From an uncultured Oscillospiraceae bacterium (GTDB taxonomy: Bacteria > Bacillota > Clostridia > Oscillospirales > Ruminococcaceae): a stretch of 55,659 nucleotides of DNA. The number at the start of each line of letters is the position of its first letter. Position 1 is the stretch's first letter. Under the pieces are notes generated by a model, which ran no database searches, was not told where the DNA came from, and worked only from the letters and a program-made list of their open reading frames with translations. Of this stretch, positions 27,631 to 38,651 are shown one piece after another. A program made the translations under genes and the position numbers. Where the stretch lies: contig CAZJRQ010000015.1 in the NCBI GenBank assembly GCA_964548535.1, positions 1 through 55,659 on the forward strand. Reading direction: 5' to 3'.

Positions 27631-30600
27631 TTAAGCGTTCATATCAATCTCAACGCCCTTGTTAAGTCTAAAAGAATATATGTAGCATGTTTTAATTGGA
27701 ATACCCAAAATCAAGTCCAAAGCAGCTTTATAAAGCTCAAGCTGCGACTGGTATTCATAAAGCTGTGACTCATCAGTAAAATTATCTGTCTTGTAATCTA
27801 CCAAAATATAGCCATCGTCTTCCTTAAATATACAGTCGGCAATACCCTGAAGCATTGAACCTGATGTAACATATTCGCTGTATTTTTCCGGCAAATTCAG
27901 GTTAGAAAAACTAACTAAAAATTGCTTTTCACGAATTATCTCGTCACTATCACTCATGCGTCTGTAAAAATCACCGCTGAAGAATTTCTCCACCGCCGAA
28001 ACATATACGCCGCTTGCCTCCTTCTCAGAAAAATACCCCTGCGACACCAATCTATCAAGCTCAGCTGATACATTTTGAGATGCCTTTTCATAATCGGCAA
28101 GTTCCATGAATAGATGAGTGTAAGTACCCTTTTGAGCGGAAGAAAGCTTGCCAATTTCATCAGAAAGCTTAGGAAGCTGAGGATAAAATTCAGGATTTTC
28201 CTCACCTAATTCAAGCTCTTTTTCCTTGCGAACAAACTCCGTAACAGTTATCTTTGAAGGCACATCCATGCTCTTGGAAACATATTCAAATGCATATCTT
28301 TCTGACAGCTTATCAACTAATTTCTGATTAGCCTTTTGCTCAATAAAACTTGGCTTGCTATTTTCAAAAGCATCACAATCTTCAATCAAATTGAAACTAA
28401 TCAAAGTATCAGTATCAAGCTGCGGCATTTCAGTTTTAATCTGCATTTCCTCAAGAAATTCCAGATTATTAGGATAACATAAAAGCACTGCACAAAGCCA
28501 TTTAAGATATGAATCACCACTTCTGATAATCCGCGAATTTATACCGCCGCTGCGTGAAATATCATCAGCAAGTTTCGCAATAATTTTACGTGTATCATAC
28601 TGAGCACTTGAACTTTCCTTAATCGTAATAGGAATAAAAATCTTCTCTTTTGCTCTTGTCAAAGCAACATATAATAAACGGATTTCCTCACTTAAAAGCT
28701 TGTCACGTAAAATCGACTGCATAGCGCTATAGGATAGAGTGTTAGTCCTAGAAAGATTAGCATGATTTAACAGCTCAAATCCAACTCCAACCTGCTCATC
28801 CATCAGCATATTTCCTTGCAAATCCTTAAGATAAAATTTCTTACCGACACCGCAAAGAAAAACAAATGGATACTCAAGCCCCTTAGATTTGTGAATAGTT
28901 TTCACAAAAACACAGTCGCCGCCCTCAGTAACAGTAACCGCCTGTTTAAAATCATTACCGCTTTCCGAAACCGCCTCGAAATATCTAATAAAGCCTGAAA
29001 TTCCACCCTCTCCGCTATTTTCATAAGTCGATGCATATTCAAGTAGAAGTCGCAAGTTTGCCCTTTTCTGCTTACTATTTTCAAAAGCAGAAGCTACCGC
29101 ATAAAAATCGGTTTCATCATAAATTTTACGAATCAATCTAGATAATGACATTCCAGATGAATAAAATCTCAAACGTTTTATAAGCTCTATAGATTGACAG
29201 CATTTTTGTTCAAGGGCATTATCATTTAAGCACAATTTTTCGGACTCTTTCCCACTGCTGTCATCATCCTTAGCGACCGCATTCATAACCTGATACATGC
29301 GTTTAGTATACTTTCCGCTCTCGATGCAAAGACGTCTTATCCCAGCAATTTCGTCAGCATTAAAGCTCATAACAGGTGACATCATAACCGATGCCAGCGC
29401 AATATCATTCATCGGATTGTCAATCACTTTCAGCAAATTTATCATGACTGAAATTTCTCGTGAGCGGATATAGCCTTTTGTTTCTTCACAAAAAGCCTTT
29501 AATCCAACAGATTCAAGAGCAGCCGAAAGCTTACTGGTTGTTTCAGCAGTACGTGCCAAAACACAAAAATCAGAAGGTGTGCAGGGACGTGATTTTTCAT
29601 CGCCGCTAGAATAAACAGGGTGTCCCTCATCAATCAGCTGTCTAATTCTCTTAGCGACCACCAAATTCTCTTGAGTAAATAAAACATACTCGTCCTCATC
29701 AGCGTCACCGCTATCTTTATCATCTTCGCTATTTTTGCTGTCAGAATCAGCACTATCTTTATCTGACCTAATCATTAAAATCTCAGTATCAAGATTTTCA
29801 CCAGCATAATTTGCGCCAAGCTGTAAACGTTCAGAACCGCTGTAATCAACCTCACCAACCTGCTCACTCATTATATTTTCAAAAAGATAATTAACAAAAT
29901 CGATTATATTTTTTCGACTTCTAAAGTTTGATTTTAAATCAATCGACTTCAAGATTTCAGAGTTTTCATTCTGCCTAGCATTCTCTCTAGCCTGTAAAAA
30001 AAGCTTTGGATTTGATTTTCTGAAACGATAAATAGCCTGCTTAACATCACCAACAACAAACACGTTTTTACCCAAGAAATCCAAATCATCAGTATCAGAA
30101 ATCGCCTTAAAAATAAGCTCCTGAAGATTATTAACGTCCTGAAATTCATCAATCAAAATAACTTGATAATCGCGATTATTCACAATCTCATCAGCAAGTG
30201 GAGTCCGCGCAATATTACCATTTTCATACTTAACTAGAAGCTCAATTGACATACGCTCTACATCAGAAAATTGAAGAGAGTTTTTCTCAACCTTAGCTGC
30301 CCAAGCATACTGTTCAGCACTCTTACAAAGCCCGCAAAGCAACTGAAAAACACATCTAGCAGTGAGCATATCATCTCTAATATTAACCCCAATTTTCCCA
30401 AGCGATTTATTAATGTCACTAACTATATCCTTATATTTATCTCGATGATTTTTAATCAGCTGAATATTGGCATCTCTTAACTGTAAAACGCCCTCAGGAA
30501 ATTCACCTTCCTTTGGCTTGTAAAAAGTCATTCTTCCGAACGAATTATTTTTAAACTCATTATAAAAATCTTCCCAGCAATAATCTCCCAGATGCTTCTT

Positions 30601-31389
30601 AAGCAATTTAAGTTTTTCACATTCATCATTAAGAACTGTTATAACCTTTTCTCCAAAATTCAAATTCGAGTTATTATTGTGAAAGATATTTACAGCCAAT
30701 TCATTTTCCTTAATTGCATCATCTAGCCGTTCAGAATATTCATCAACCAAGATTTCTATATACATCTTAATTTTTTCTTCATCAGTAAAACTCTTTTCCT
30801 GCTCACTAATCCAACTGTCAGGAAAAGCAAGTGAGCTCAAAAATTTGTACAATTCACGTACATTATTAGCTACCTGATTTTCGTTATTATTTGAAAGCAC
30901 GTCAACCAAAAAATCCAAATCAGCAGGTGAATTTTCAGATAAATCATCAATAGCCTTATCAATCGAATCGCTGACAATCAAATCAGCTTCAGTATCATCA
31001 ATAATTTTAATTCCATCCTGCAAATCAAACTCGTTAATATTGCTGTTCACAAGGTCAAGACAGAATGAATTTATAGTACTAATTTTAGCCATAGCAAGCT
31101 TATCCTGCTGTTTTTGCAGCCATTTTTTCTGATCAAGATTTTGCTCAACAGCTATTTTCTTCTCAAATGCAGACGATAATTTTTCTTTCATTTGAGTAGT
31201 CGCATCAACTGTAAAAGTAACCGCCAATAGTCGGTCAGCAGGAACATTTTTAGTCCTATCAGCCAGCAAATTTATAGTTCGTTCAATAAGCACTGCAGTC
31301 TTTCCACTTCCCGCAGCAGCTGAAACAACAACGCCCCTGTCTGTCGTATCAATCGCCAACTGTTGGTCATCTGTCCATTTTACAGACAT
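27631..31389 (-). CDS. addA: ATP-dependent helicase/nuclease subunit A (AddA/RexA, UvrD-like helicase + RecB-like nuclease)
   Basis: Walker A AAGSGKT, UvrD helicase motifs, and a C-terminal PD-(D/E)xK motif (GIADCIFKEDDGYILVDYKTD). ATG 31389 has an AAGGGTGG ribosome-binding site. Confidence 0.9.
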   Translation of the reverse strand: MSVKWTDDQQLAIDTTDRGVVVSAAAGSGKTAVLIERTINLLADRTKNVPADRLLAVTFTVDATTQMKEKLSSAFEKKIAVEQNLDQKKWLQKQQDKLAMAKISTINSFCLDLVNSNINEFDLQDGIKIIDDTEADLIVSDSIDKAIDDLSENSPADLDFLVDVLSNNNENQVANNVRELYKFLSSLAFPDSWISEQEKSFTDEEKIKMYIEILVDEYSERLDDAIKENELAVNIFHNNNSNLNFGEKVITVLNDECEKLKLLKKHLGDYCWEDFYNEFKNNSFGRMTFYKPKEGEFPEGVLQLRDANIQLIKNHRDKYKDIVSDINKSLGKIGVNIRDDMLTARCVFQLLCGLCKSAEQYAWAAKVEKNSLQFSDVERMSIELLVKYENGNIARTPLADEIVNNRDYQVILIDEFQDVNNLQELIFKAISDTDDLDFLGKNVFVVGDVKQAIYRFRKSNPKLFLQARENARQNENSEILKSIDLKSNFRSRKNIIDFVNYLFENIMSEQVGEVDYSGSERLQLGANYAGENLDTEILMIRSDKDSADSDSKNSEDDKDSGDADEDEYVLFTQENLVVAKRIRQLIDEGHPVYSSGDEKSRPCTPSDFCVLARTAETTSKLSAALESVGLKAFCEETKGYIRSREISVMINLLKVIDNPMNDIALASVMMSPVMSFNADEIAGIRRLCIESGKYTKRMYQVMNAVAKDDDSSGKESEKLCLNDNALEQKCCQSIELIKRLRFYSSGMSLSRLIRKIYDETDFYAVASAFENSKQKRANLRLLLEYASTYENSGEGGISGFIRYFEAVSESGNDFKQAVTVTEGGDCVFVKTIHKSKGLEYPFVFLCGVGKKFYLKDLQGNMLMDEQVGVGFELLNHANLSRTNTLSYSAMQSILRDKLLSEEIRLLYVALTRAKEKIFIPITIKESSSAQYDTRKIIAKLADDISRSGGINSRIIRSGDSYLKWLCAVLLCYPNNLEFLEEMQIKTEMPQLDTDTLISFNLIEDCDAFENSKPSFIEQKANQKLVDKLSERYAFEYVSKSMDVPSKITVTEFVRKEKELELGEENPEFYPQLPKLSDEIGKLSSAQKGTYTHLFMELADYEKASQNVSAELDRLVSQGYFSEKEASGVYVSAVEKFFSGDFYRRMSDSDEIIREKQFLVSFSNLNLPEKYSEYVTSGSMLQGIADCIFKEDDGYILVDYKTDNFTDESQLYEYQSQLELYKAALDLILGIPIKTCYIYSFRLNKGVEIDMNA

Positions 31390-31418
31390 TTGTACCACCC
31401 TTTCTCATAAGCTTATTT

Positions 31419-34400
31419 TTATTCATTATTACCAACATCATTAGTTTCATCGCACATTTTATCAATTTCAGCGTCAAGCAAATGCTTATCCGACTTGTTT
31501 ACTCTTCTAGGATTTTTGGGTGACGCATTACCGCAAATACTCCAGAAATCACAATATCTGCAAGCAATTTTTGCATTTCTTCCATCGCCTTTACAAATAG
31601 GATCAGCCGCAATATCACCCTCAAGAAGTCTCTGTGCCAAAAGCTCAATCTTTTTAAATGCAAACTCTGACAAAGCATTGAAATATGTATAATCACAAGG
31701 CGGCTTGCTGCCTTCGGTAATATCGCCATTATTTTTTCTTGTAAATAAAGTAAATAGACCCTTGTAATCATTATTTAAAGCATCCAAAGTATCTTCATTT
31801 TCAATCATCATGCCATCAGGTTTACAATTTTTGATTTGTTCCAAAAACATTTTTCCTTGCAAATCATCTGCTTTTTCAACTGCCGACGGAGTAAAATCAG
31901 CATGACAGCTTTTTATATGCGAATACATAATACCAGACGGCTCAAGTTTACCATCATAATTCAACCGATTATCAGTATTTATAACAGCATATAGATAAAT
32001 GAACATCTGCAAATTCAGTCCATTGTAAATATCTTCAATATCAAACTTAGTGTCACCAGTTTTGTAATCAACAATTCGCAGATATCTAACTCCATTTTCG
32101 TCCTCAAAAATATCAGCGCGGTCAATAGAACCATAGATATTTATAGTGTATCCGTCTTCTAAAGTCAGCTTTAAAATGCTTTCTCCGTCAGACTTAGCAA
32201 GATTAAATTCGAAAGCGGCTGGCTTGAAAGCTGATTTTTTAAACTCTTCTTGAACAACTTTTATAATACTAAATGCCGACTCCTCGTTTCGTGCAATTCC
32301 TTGCTTAAAGCGTAAAGTCTTACCAAAATCTCCGCCCATTTCATCTGCAATATATCTAGAAAATTCAGCATTAATTTTATCACGCAAGGTCTGCTCATCA
32401 AAGTCAACAAACTTCTCGTCATAAACTCGAATGCCATTATCATTGACCTTACTCATAACTTTTTCAAGAGTATTGTGCATTAAATTTCCGAAAAACCTGT
32501 TATTAATTTCAACCTTTTCCGGAGCATGAAGTTTAAGTCCATACTTGCAAAAAAAGCTAAAAGGACAATTATAAAAATCAGAAACTCTAGTTGCTGATAT
32601 ATTTAAATCATGATTAAAAAATACATCTCTAGCACAATCGCGAGAAAGCTTGTGCGGTTTATTAACTGCCGTCTGCTCAATGAAATCAAGCTTCTGGCGA
32701 TATTTATCAGATAGCAAAAGCGACTCTTTAATTGACTTCACTTCACTGGTCTTATCTTTAGATTTCTCAAGATATTTATAATAAGCCGTAGCATATGAAG
32801 TACAGAAAAAGTCAAGTGGCTTGTCCTGAATTTTCTCAATTTCGATGTGCTCAAACATATCAAAAATCATATTAACAAGCACCGAAGGATTTTTCTTTTT
32901 ACCCTGAGTATCAGATTCAGAACTGATTATGTAAAGCCTGTCATTTGGCATAGAAACTGTCTGATAAACAGTAAGCCTCTCATTCTCAATTGACGACATT
33001 ACCGTAGTATTCAAATTTATATCAACACTCTCAAGCTGACGTTTTTCGCGCTCAGTCAGCAATCCTTTAGACTTAAAATCAGCAGGAAAAATTCCGTCAT
33101 TAGCCTCAAGAACGAACAAAACCTTAACATCATTCAATCGCGAACGTTCTGCACAAGCACATCTTACAGAATCAATTTTCTGTGGCGGAGCAGACACCTT
33201 CATCTGTGAAATCATCATCTTAAATATTTCATAAAATCGTCTTAGCGTCAACACTTCATCGCCCATATTTTCGTAAATTGACTGAACCGCCGCTAGAACT
33301 GTCTTCCAAATTTGTTTAGAAATTCGTCCAAGCTCAAGCTCAGTATCATTTGCAGAACCGCTAGCCATTTTTACCACAGAATAAATTTCTTTTGAAAGCC
33401 CAATCTCGTCTAAAAGAATATAAAGAGCCTTACAAATATCCTGTGCCGTAGCATTAACACAAGCGGACTTAAACTTCTCAAGCGGAGCAATAACAAGCTC
33501 CCTAGTCTGATTAAGTCTAGTAGGAACACTACCACTCTTTTCGCCCGCCGTGAAATCCTCAAGCCACATATTTCCTTGAATATTCCACTTAACGCAGTAG
33601 TTTTCGATATCAGCAATATCGTAATCAAAAATTGAGCAAAGCGGTGATTTTATATACTTGAGCAGATTTTCAGTCTTGTATTCTTTGGAAAGAACACAAG
33701 CAAAAATATTCTTCAAATAAATAACTAGAGCTGACTGCTCTACACTATTATTAGCGTCCAAAAAATACGGAATTTCATAACGCTCAAAAGTTCCCTCAAT
33801 AACAGGAGCAATATCACCCAAGTTTCTAGACGAAACAGCAATATCCTCGTAAGCATAATTTTCTTCACGCACAAGTCGTGAAATTTCCGAACAAACAAAC
33901 TCAACTTCCTCATAAATATCAGTAGCTGACAAAAGCTTAACACCGTGATTATCAGCAGATTTCTTAGGCATTGAAGTGTAAATATTCTCATTAACATAAG
34001 CAATCGACGGCACGGTGTAATTAAATCCAGCAAAAGCTTTTTCATCAAAAGAAACATTCTGAGCCATAGCAATTCCTTCGATATTAGACCTAGTTCTAAT
34101 AGTCTGTGCGAACGGAGTTCTGCTAATCTGAGCATTGTTAGAATCCGAAATTACAAGAGAAATTACAACCGGATTTGCTTGCTTGATAGCACATTCAATC
34201 AGCCTGTATTCGTCTTGTGAAAAGCTGTTGAAAGCGTCAATATAAACGGTCTTCCCCTTGAAAAAATTATTCTCCTTAACAAGCTTTACACACTCACCAA
34301 GCGATGTTAAAGTGTCCTTAAGCCCAGCCCTTGCAAGCTCGTCAAGATAATATTCATATAACCTTGAAAGGTCAAAAAGCTTAGAGCTAACCGAGCCATC

Positions 34401-34835
34401 CAAGCTTTCTGATGCTATCCTCAAATCTTGATATGTAATTCCAGACTGAATAAGCTCGCTAATCAACGCAATAACCTCACCTAAAAAAGCACCTTTGTTA
34501 AGTGAACGCTCATAAAACCGTACATCATGCGTTTCTTTAAGCCTTTTAACTGCCTTGTACATAGTGATGATTTTAGCATTTTCATTTGCATTTTCTTTAG
34601 ATCCTGCTCCGTATTTTCGGCTGATAAGCTCAGCTAACCTATTGAATCCAACGATAGAAACATCGTTAAAAGCCTTAGCACCAAGCAGATTATAAAGCTT
34701 TTTATCATACTCAAAAGAGAACTGATCTGGAATTATAACCATTACGTTTTCGTTGCACTCGCACGATTTTTTTATCAATTGGCAAAAATTTTCGTCGCGA
34801 TTGCTATGGATCCCGCCTGTTACAAATCTAAGCAT
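31419..34835 (-). CDS. addB: ATP-dependent helicase/nuclease subunit B (AddB/RexB) with C-terminal Fe-S/nuclease domain
   Basis: Located upstream of addA on the same strand. C-terminal LRIVDYKTGD and CxxC-containing CRYCDFWSICGN. The start was re-placed at ATG 34835, which has an AAGGTGG ribosome-binding site. Confidence 0.85.
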   Translation of the reverse strand: MLRFVTGGIHSNRDENFCQLIKKSCECNENVMVIIPDQFSFEYDKKLYNLLGAKAFNDVSIVGFNRLAELISRKYGAGSKENANENAKIITMYKAVKRLKETHDVRFYERSLNKGAFLGEVIALISELIQSGITYQDLRIASESLDGSVSSKLFDLSRLYEYYLDELARAGLKDTLTSLGECVKLVKENNFFKGKTVYIDAFNSFSQDEYRLIECAIKQANPVVISLVISDSNNAQISRTPFAQTIRTRSNIEGIAMAQNVSFDEKAFAGFNYTVPSIAYVNENIYTSMPKKSADNHGVKLLSATDIYEEVEFVCSEISRLVREENYAYEDIAVSSRNLGDIAPVIEGTFERYEIPYFLDANNSVEQSALVIYLKNIFACVLSKEYKTENLLKYIKSPLCSIFDYDIADIENYCVKWNIQGNMWLEDFTAGEKSGSVPTRLNQTRELVIAPLEKFKSACVNATAQDICKALYILLDEIGLSKEIYSVVKMASGSANDTELELGRISKQIWKTVLAAVQSIYENMGDEVLTLRRFYEIFKMMISQMKVSAPPQKIDSVRCACAERSRLNDVKVLFVLEANDGIFPADFKSKGLLTEREKRQLESVDINLNTTVMSSIENERLTVYQTVSMPNDRLYIISSESDTQGKKKNPSVLVNMIFDMFEHIEIEKIQDKPLDFFCTSYATAYYKYLEKSKDKTSEVKSIKESLLLSDKYRQKLDFIEQTAVNKPHKLSRDCARDVFFNHDLNISATRVSDFYNCPFSFFCKYGLKLHAPEKVEINNRFFGNLMHNTLEKVMSKVNDNGIRVYDEKFVDFDEQTLRDKINAEFSRYIADEMGGDFGKTLRFKQGIARNEESAFSIIKVVQEEFKKSAFKPAAFEFNLAKSDGESILKLTLEDGYTINIYGSIDRADIFEDENGVRYLRIVDYKTGDTKFDIEDIYNGLNLQMFIYLYAVINTDNRLNYDGKLEPSGIMYSHIKSCHADFTPSAVEKADDLQGKMFLEQIKNCKPDGMMIENEDTLDALNNDYKGLFTLFTRKNNGDITEGSKPPCDYTYFNALSEFAFKKIELLAQRLLEGDIAADPICKGDGRNAKIACRYCDFWSICGNASPKNPRRVNKSDKHLLDAEIDKMCDETNDVGNNE

Positions 34836-35096
34836 TCTGATACCACCTTTTGAAGAAATTTTATGTTTTTTCAATCTTTCTACAAATATCGTACCATACA
34901 AAATTAGACTTGTCAACAAGAAATTTCATTTACTAGTCCGTTTTTTAGTACTAATAAATATTACATTCAAAAAATAACGCATTTACGTTATTTTCCCATA
35001 TTTTCGCATTTAGAATTTCGAAAGCACAAATATTTAACTAATGAAATACAGATAATCTTAAAATTCAGATATCATTTATTAGTCCTATTTTTTGTA

Positions 35097-35360
35097 CTAA
35101 TCGAACCAACTTTCAAACAGCTCAACAATTTTAAAAGAAAATTGAGGTCTTTCTTCCTTTTGAGCAACTACAATTTTTGAATCTTCATCTGTATTCTCAC
35201 TGTCACGCTTTATGCTGCCTCCAAGTGTTATCTGTGGGAAAAATAATGACATATTCTTTGGTGTCAAATCTCCTGTCTGTGTAAAAGCTGAAAAAACTAT
35301 CACGCTGCATAGTCCTACGCAAACTGATTTTCTAATTCTTGATGTAAATTTTTCTGACAT
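35097..35360 (-). CDS. small secreted protein (signal peptide), hypothetical
   Basis: ATG has an AGGGAGA ribosome-binding site. The N-terminal signal sequence is RIRKSVCVGLCSVIVFSAFTQ. Confidence 0.4.
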   Translation of the reverse strand: MSEKFTSRIRKSVCVGLCSVIVFSAFTQTGDLTPKNMSLFFPQITLGGSIKRDSENTDEDSKIVVAQKEERPQFSFKIVELFESWFD

Positions 35361-35441
35361 AAAAACATCTCCCTAAAATTAAGTGTCTAACCTAATTATG
35401 GGAGATATTTAAAATCTTATTCAATTTTCTATAAAAATATT

Positions 35442-37802
35442 TTATCCAAGAACTTTTTTAGCAATGTCGCAAGATTCCTTTGCGTCCTTAGCATAAAAAT
35501 CAGCACCAATTTTTTCGGCATAATCAGCAGTAAGAACTGCACCACCGACCATAATTCTGCAGTCAACATTGTTTTCACGTAGCAAGCGAATTGTTTCCTC
35601 CATGCTCACCAAAGTGGTAGTCATCAAAGCTGAGAGTCCAACAAGATGAACGTCGTTTTCAATAGCACAGTCAACAACTAGCTGACAATCAACGTCCTTG
35701 CCTAAATCAATCACATCATAACCGTAGTTTTCAAGCAGCACCTTAACAATATTCTTACCGATATCGTGAATGTCACCCTTGACAGTTGCAACAATTATCT
35801 TACCCTTAGATTCTGACTTCTCGCCAGTTTGAGCTAGAAAATTCTTAATTTCCTCAAAGCAAACCTGTGCAACTCCAGCCGACTGAATAAGCTGTGGAAG
35901 AAAAATCTTTCCGCTTTCAAATTCAGCGCCAGTCTTGTCTAGTGCAGGAATCAAAATGTTGTTTACAATATCCATAGCAGGAATAGTTTTCAAAAGCTCA
36001 GCAGTAATTTTAGCGCCCTCAGACTTCAAACCATTGTCAATAGCATATGGCAAATCAATTTTCACATCAGCCTTAGGAGTATTATCAGCAGTTTTTTCCG
36101 TACCATAATGCGCAATAAAATCAACCGAATTTTCGTCAATATTAGCAAGCAATTTATATGCCCTAACAGTCTGCATCATAGCCTCGATATTAGGATTTAT
36201 TATAGGCAAATCAAGACCCTTAGTAAGAGCCATCATTAAGAAATTATGATTAACAATCTCACGCGATGGCAATCCAAAACTTATATTTGAAACACCCAAA
36301 ACAGTTCTGCACCCAAGCTCATTTTTAACACGCTCAACCGCATTTAAGGTTTCCATAACCCCAGATTGTTCAGCTGATGCAGTCAATGTCAAGCAATCAA
36401 TGTAAACGTCCTCGCGACGAATTCCAATCTGCTCTGCTCTTTCTACAATTCGCTTAGCAATGTCAAATCGACCCTGTGCAGACTTCGGAATACCATCCTC
36501 ATCAAGACAAAGCCCAACCACCGATGCTCCATATTTCTTAACTAAAGGCAGAACGGATTGAAGTGATTTTTCTTCACCATTTACAGAATTAACAATAGCC
36601 TTACCGTTATAAATTCGAAGTCCGGCCTCCAAAACCTCTGGAATGGTAGAGTCAATTTGCAAAGGAACATCAACAACACCCTGCAAAGCCTTGACAGCTT
36701 TAACCATCATAGCCTTTTCGTCAATTCCAGGAAGTCCAACATTAACGTCCAAAATGTCAGCACCTGCATGAATCTGCTCAATTGCCTGGCCAAGAATATA
36801 GTCAATATTATCGGCTAAAAGAGCCTCTTTAAATCGCTTTTTACCAGTCGGATTAATTCTCTCACCAATGACTCTAGGCTGATTAATCACTACAGTATTA
36901 CTAGGATTACAGCAAGCCGCAGGAATACTAACCTCACGAGGAACAATTTTTTTGCCATCCAAAGCGTCAGCAAGAGCCTTGATATAAGCTGGATTTGTAC
37001 CGCAGCAGCCACCAAAAATCTTGACACCCAAATCTACAAACTGCAACATCAGCTGAGCAAACTCTTCTGGCTCAACATTATATTCATTGGTGACAGGATC
37101 AGGCAGACCAGCATTTGGCTTAATAATAACTGGCAAGCTTGTCCACTTGCAAAGTTCCTCTACAATTGTGTATAACTCTTTAGGTCCGAGCGAACAGTTA
37201 ATTCCAATAGCGTCTACACCCAATCCCTCAAGAGTAAGCGCCATTGAACTTATCGAACATCCTGTAAAAGTTCGCTGATTTTCCTCAAAAGTCATTGTAC
37301 ACATTACAGGCTTATTTGAATTTTCCTTAATAGCAAGTACAGCCGCTTTTATCTCATAAAGATCGGTCATAGTTTCACAAACAAACAAATCACAACCATC
37401 ACTAGCGAGCACAATTTCCTTATAAATATCATAAGCCTCTTCGAAAGTCAAAGTACCCGTCGGTTCTAAAAGTTGACCAACAGGTGACATATCAAGCGCC
37501 ACAAGAGTATCTGTCCCCTCACAAGCCTTTTTGGCATTTTTAATTCCTGCCGAAACAGCCTCCTGCACCGAATAACCGCATTCTTTAAGCTTATATCTAT
37601 TAGCTCCAAAAGTATTAGAATAAATAATATTAGACCCAGCATTAATATACTGCTTGTGAATATCAATCAGCCAATCAGGTTTTTCAATATTTAAAGCCTC
37701 AGGAGTTTCACCCATTTTCAACCCCTTAGCCTGTAACATTGTACCCATAGCACCATCAAGCAGAATAAATTCTTTACTATCTAAAAACTTCTTAAAATCC
37801 AC
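35442..37802 (-). CDS. metH: cobalamin-dependent methionine synthase, short form (Hcy-binding + pterin-binding + B12-binding domains; no AdoMet reactivation domain)
   Basis: Hcy S-methyltransferase motifs (GGCCGT), a pterin-binding domain and a B12-binding domain (DxHxxG-like GDIHDIGKN). GTG start follows AGAGGTAA and overlaps the upstream gene's stop. Confidence 0.9.
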   Translation of the reverse strand: MDFKKFLDSKEFILLDGAMGTMLQAKGLKMGETPEALNIEKPDWLIDIHKQYINAGSNIIYSNTFGANRYKLKECGYSVQEAVSAGIKNAKKACEGTDTLVALDMSPVGQLLEPTGTLTFEEAYDIYKEIVLASDGCDLFVCETMTDLYEIKAAVLAIKENSNKPVMCTMTFEENQRTFTGCSISSMALTLEGLGVDAIGINCSLGPKELYTIVEELCKWTSLPVIIKPNAGLPDPVTNEYNVEPEEFAQLMLQFVDLGVKIFGGCCGTNPAYIKALADALDGKKIVPREVSIPAACCNPSNTVVINQPRVIGERINPTGKKRFKEALLADNIDYILGQAIEQIHAGADILDVNVGLPGIDEKAMMVKAVKALQGVVDVPLQIDSTIPEVLEAGLRIYNGKAIVNSVNGEEKSLQSVLPLVKKYGASVVGLCLDEDGIPKSAQGRFDIAKRIVERAEQIGIRREDVYIDCLTLTASAEQSGVMETLNAVERVKNELGCRTVLGVSNISFGLPSREIVNHNFLMMALTKGLDLPIINPNIEAMMQTVRAYKLLANIDENSVDFIAHYGTEKTADNTPKADVKIDLPYAIDNGLKSEGAKITAELLKTIPAMDIVNNILIPALDKTGAEFESGKIFLPQLIQSAGVAQVCFEEIKNFLAQTGEKSESKGKIIVATVKGDIHDIGKNIVKVLLENYGYDVIDLGKDVDCQLVVDCAIENDVHLVGLSALMTTTLVSMEETIRLLRENNVDCRIMVGGAVLTADYAEKIGADFYAKDAKESCDIAKKVLG

Positions 37803-38463
37803 AATGATTACCTCTTTTCCTATATTCGCAAGTATCTTTCATTTTACAAGTTACACAGCCACGCCTACCTTTTGGAATCTCAGATTTAGAAATTCCCATA
37901 ATAGCCGTAACAGATTTTCTCGGTATCAAAATCATATTCTCGGTTGTGTTAAGTCCAATTCGCTTTTGTGCATTAAGTGCAGAAATAAAATCCCTCTGAA
38001 CCTCAATAGGCAAATCACCATACCCAGGAGAAAATCTCCATGTAAAGAAATAATCAGCGCATTCCGCCTTAATTTCTTCCTCCGCCAAATTGCAAACCTG
38101 TTCAATAGCCGAACTTGCAAGACAATCAGTCATCAAAGCCTTTGTCATATCAGTTGCCTCAAAAAGACGAATCAGCTTGTCAGCCCCCTGAGAAATTGTT
38201 GCGCACATCAAAACGCACTGCTCACAATCAGCAAGATGTTTCTTTATATCCTCACCCTTAAAAACAAGTGACGTTCCTTCAATAGCGATTCCGCCGTCAC
38301 TTCGGTCTATGTTAAAAACTTTATAAACGTATCTAGGCTGAATGACCTCAACAAGTTGTCTTTCGCAGTCATCCAAAATAGCCTGCATATTATCATCAGG
38401 CATGGCGTTTCCATAGCCCATATATCTTAAAGCCTCAGCTTGATTTAGCTTAGTTATAACCAT
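37792..38463 (-). CDS. stand-alone methionine synthase activation (AdoMet-binding reactivation) domain protein
   Basis: Lies immediately upstream of the short metH and overlaps it. About 220 aa, with a length and acidic/aromatic motif pattern matching the MetH C-terminal activation domain. Confidence 0.7.
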   Translation of the reverse strand: MVITKLNQAEALRYMGYGNAMPDDNMQAILDDCERQLVEVIQPRYVYKVFNIDRSDGGIAIEGTSLVFKGEDIKKHLADCEQCVLMCATISQGADKLIRLFEATDMTKALMTDCLASSAIEQVCNLAEEEIKAECADYFFTWRFSPGYGDLPIEVQRDFISALNAQKRIGLNTTENMILIPRKSVTAIMGISKSEIPKGRRGCVTCKMKDTCEYRKRGNHCGF

Positions 38464-38500
38464 TAAAACTAACCTTTCTGAAATAAATTAAATACAATAT

Positions 38501-38529
38501 AGTATAGCATATAATACATAAAATTGCAA
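38501..38529 (-). promoter_or_regulatory. sigma-70 promoter of the split-metH operon (TTGCAA, 17-nt spacer, TATACT)
   Basis: Reading the minus strand gives TTGCAAttttatgtattatatgcTATACT, about 40 nt upstream of ATG 38463. Confidence 0.5.
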
Positions 38530-38651
38530 CCAGGGGCTTACCGATTGACTAGTCCGCGTGGCATCCTTGTGACTAGGGGAAGTTAAAGGGCTTATGACAA
38601 TCAAGCATATCTAAGTCAAAAGTGTGTGATAATCTAACAAATTATCACACA

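Noticed and set aside
27954-34135. Numerous 60-130 aa ORFs antisense or out of frame inside addA/addB (for example 33740..34135, 28902..29084) and similar ones inside metH, the dehydratase genes and floT
   Set aside because: They lie within long, well-supported genes. Their products are low-complexity Leu/Arg/Ser-rich, as expected for antisense frames of AT-rich coding DNA. None has a ribosome-binding site.
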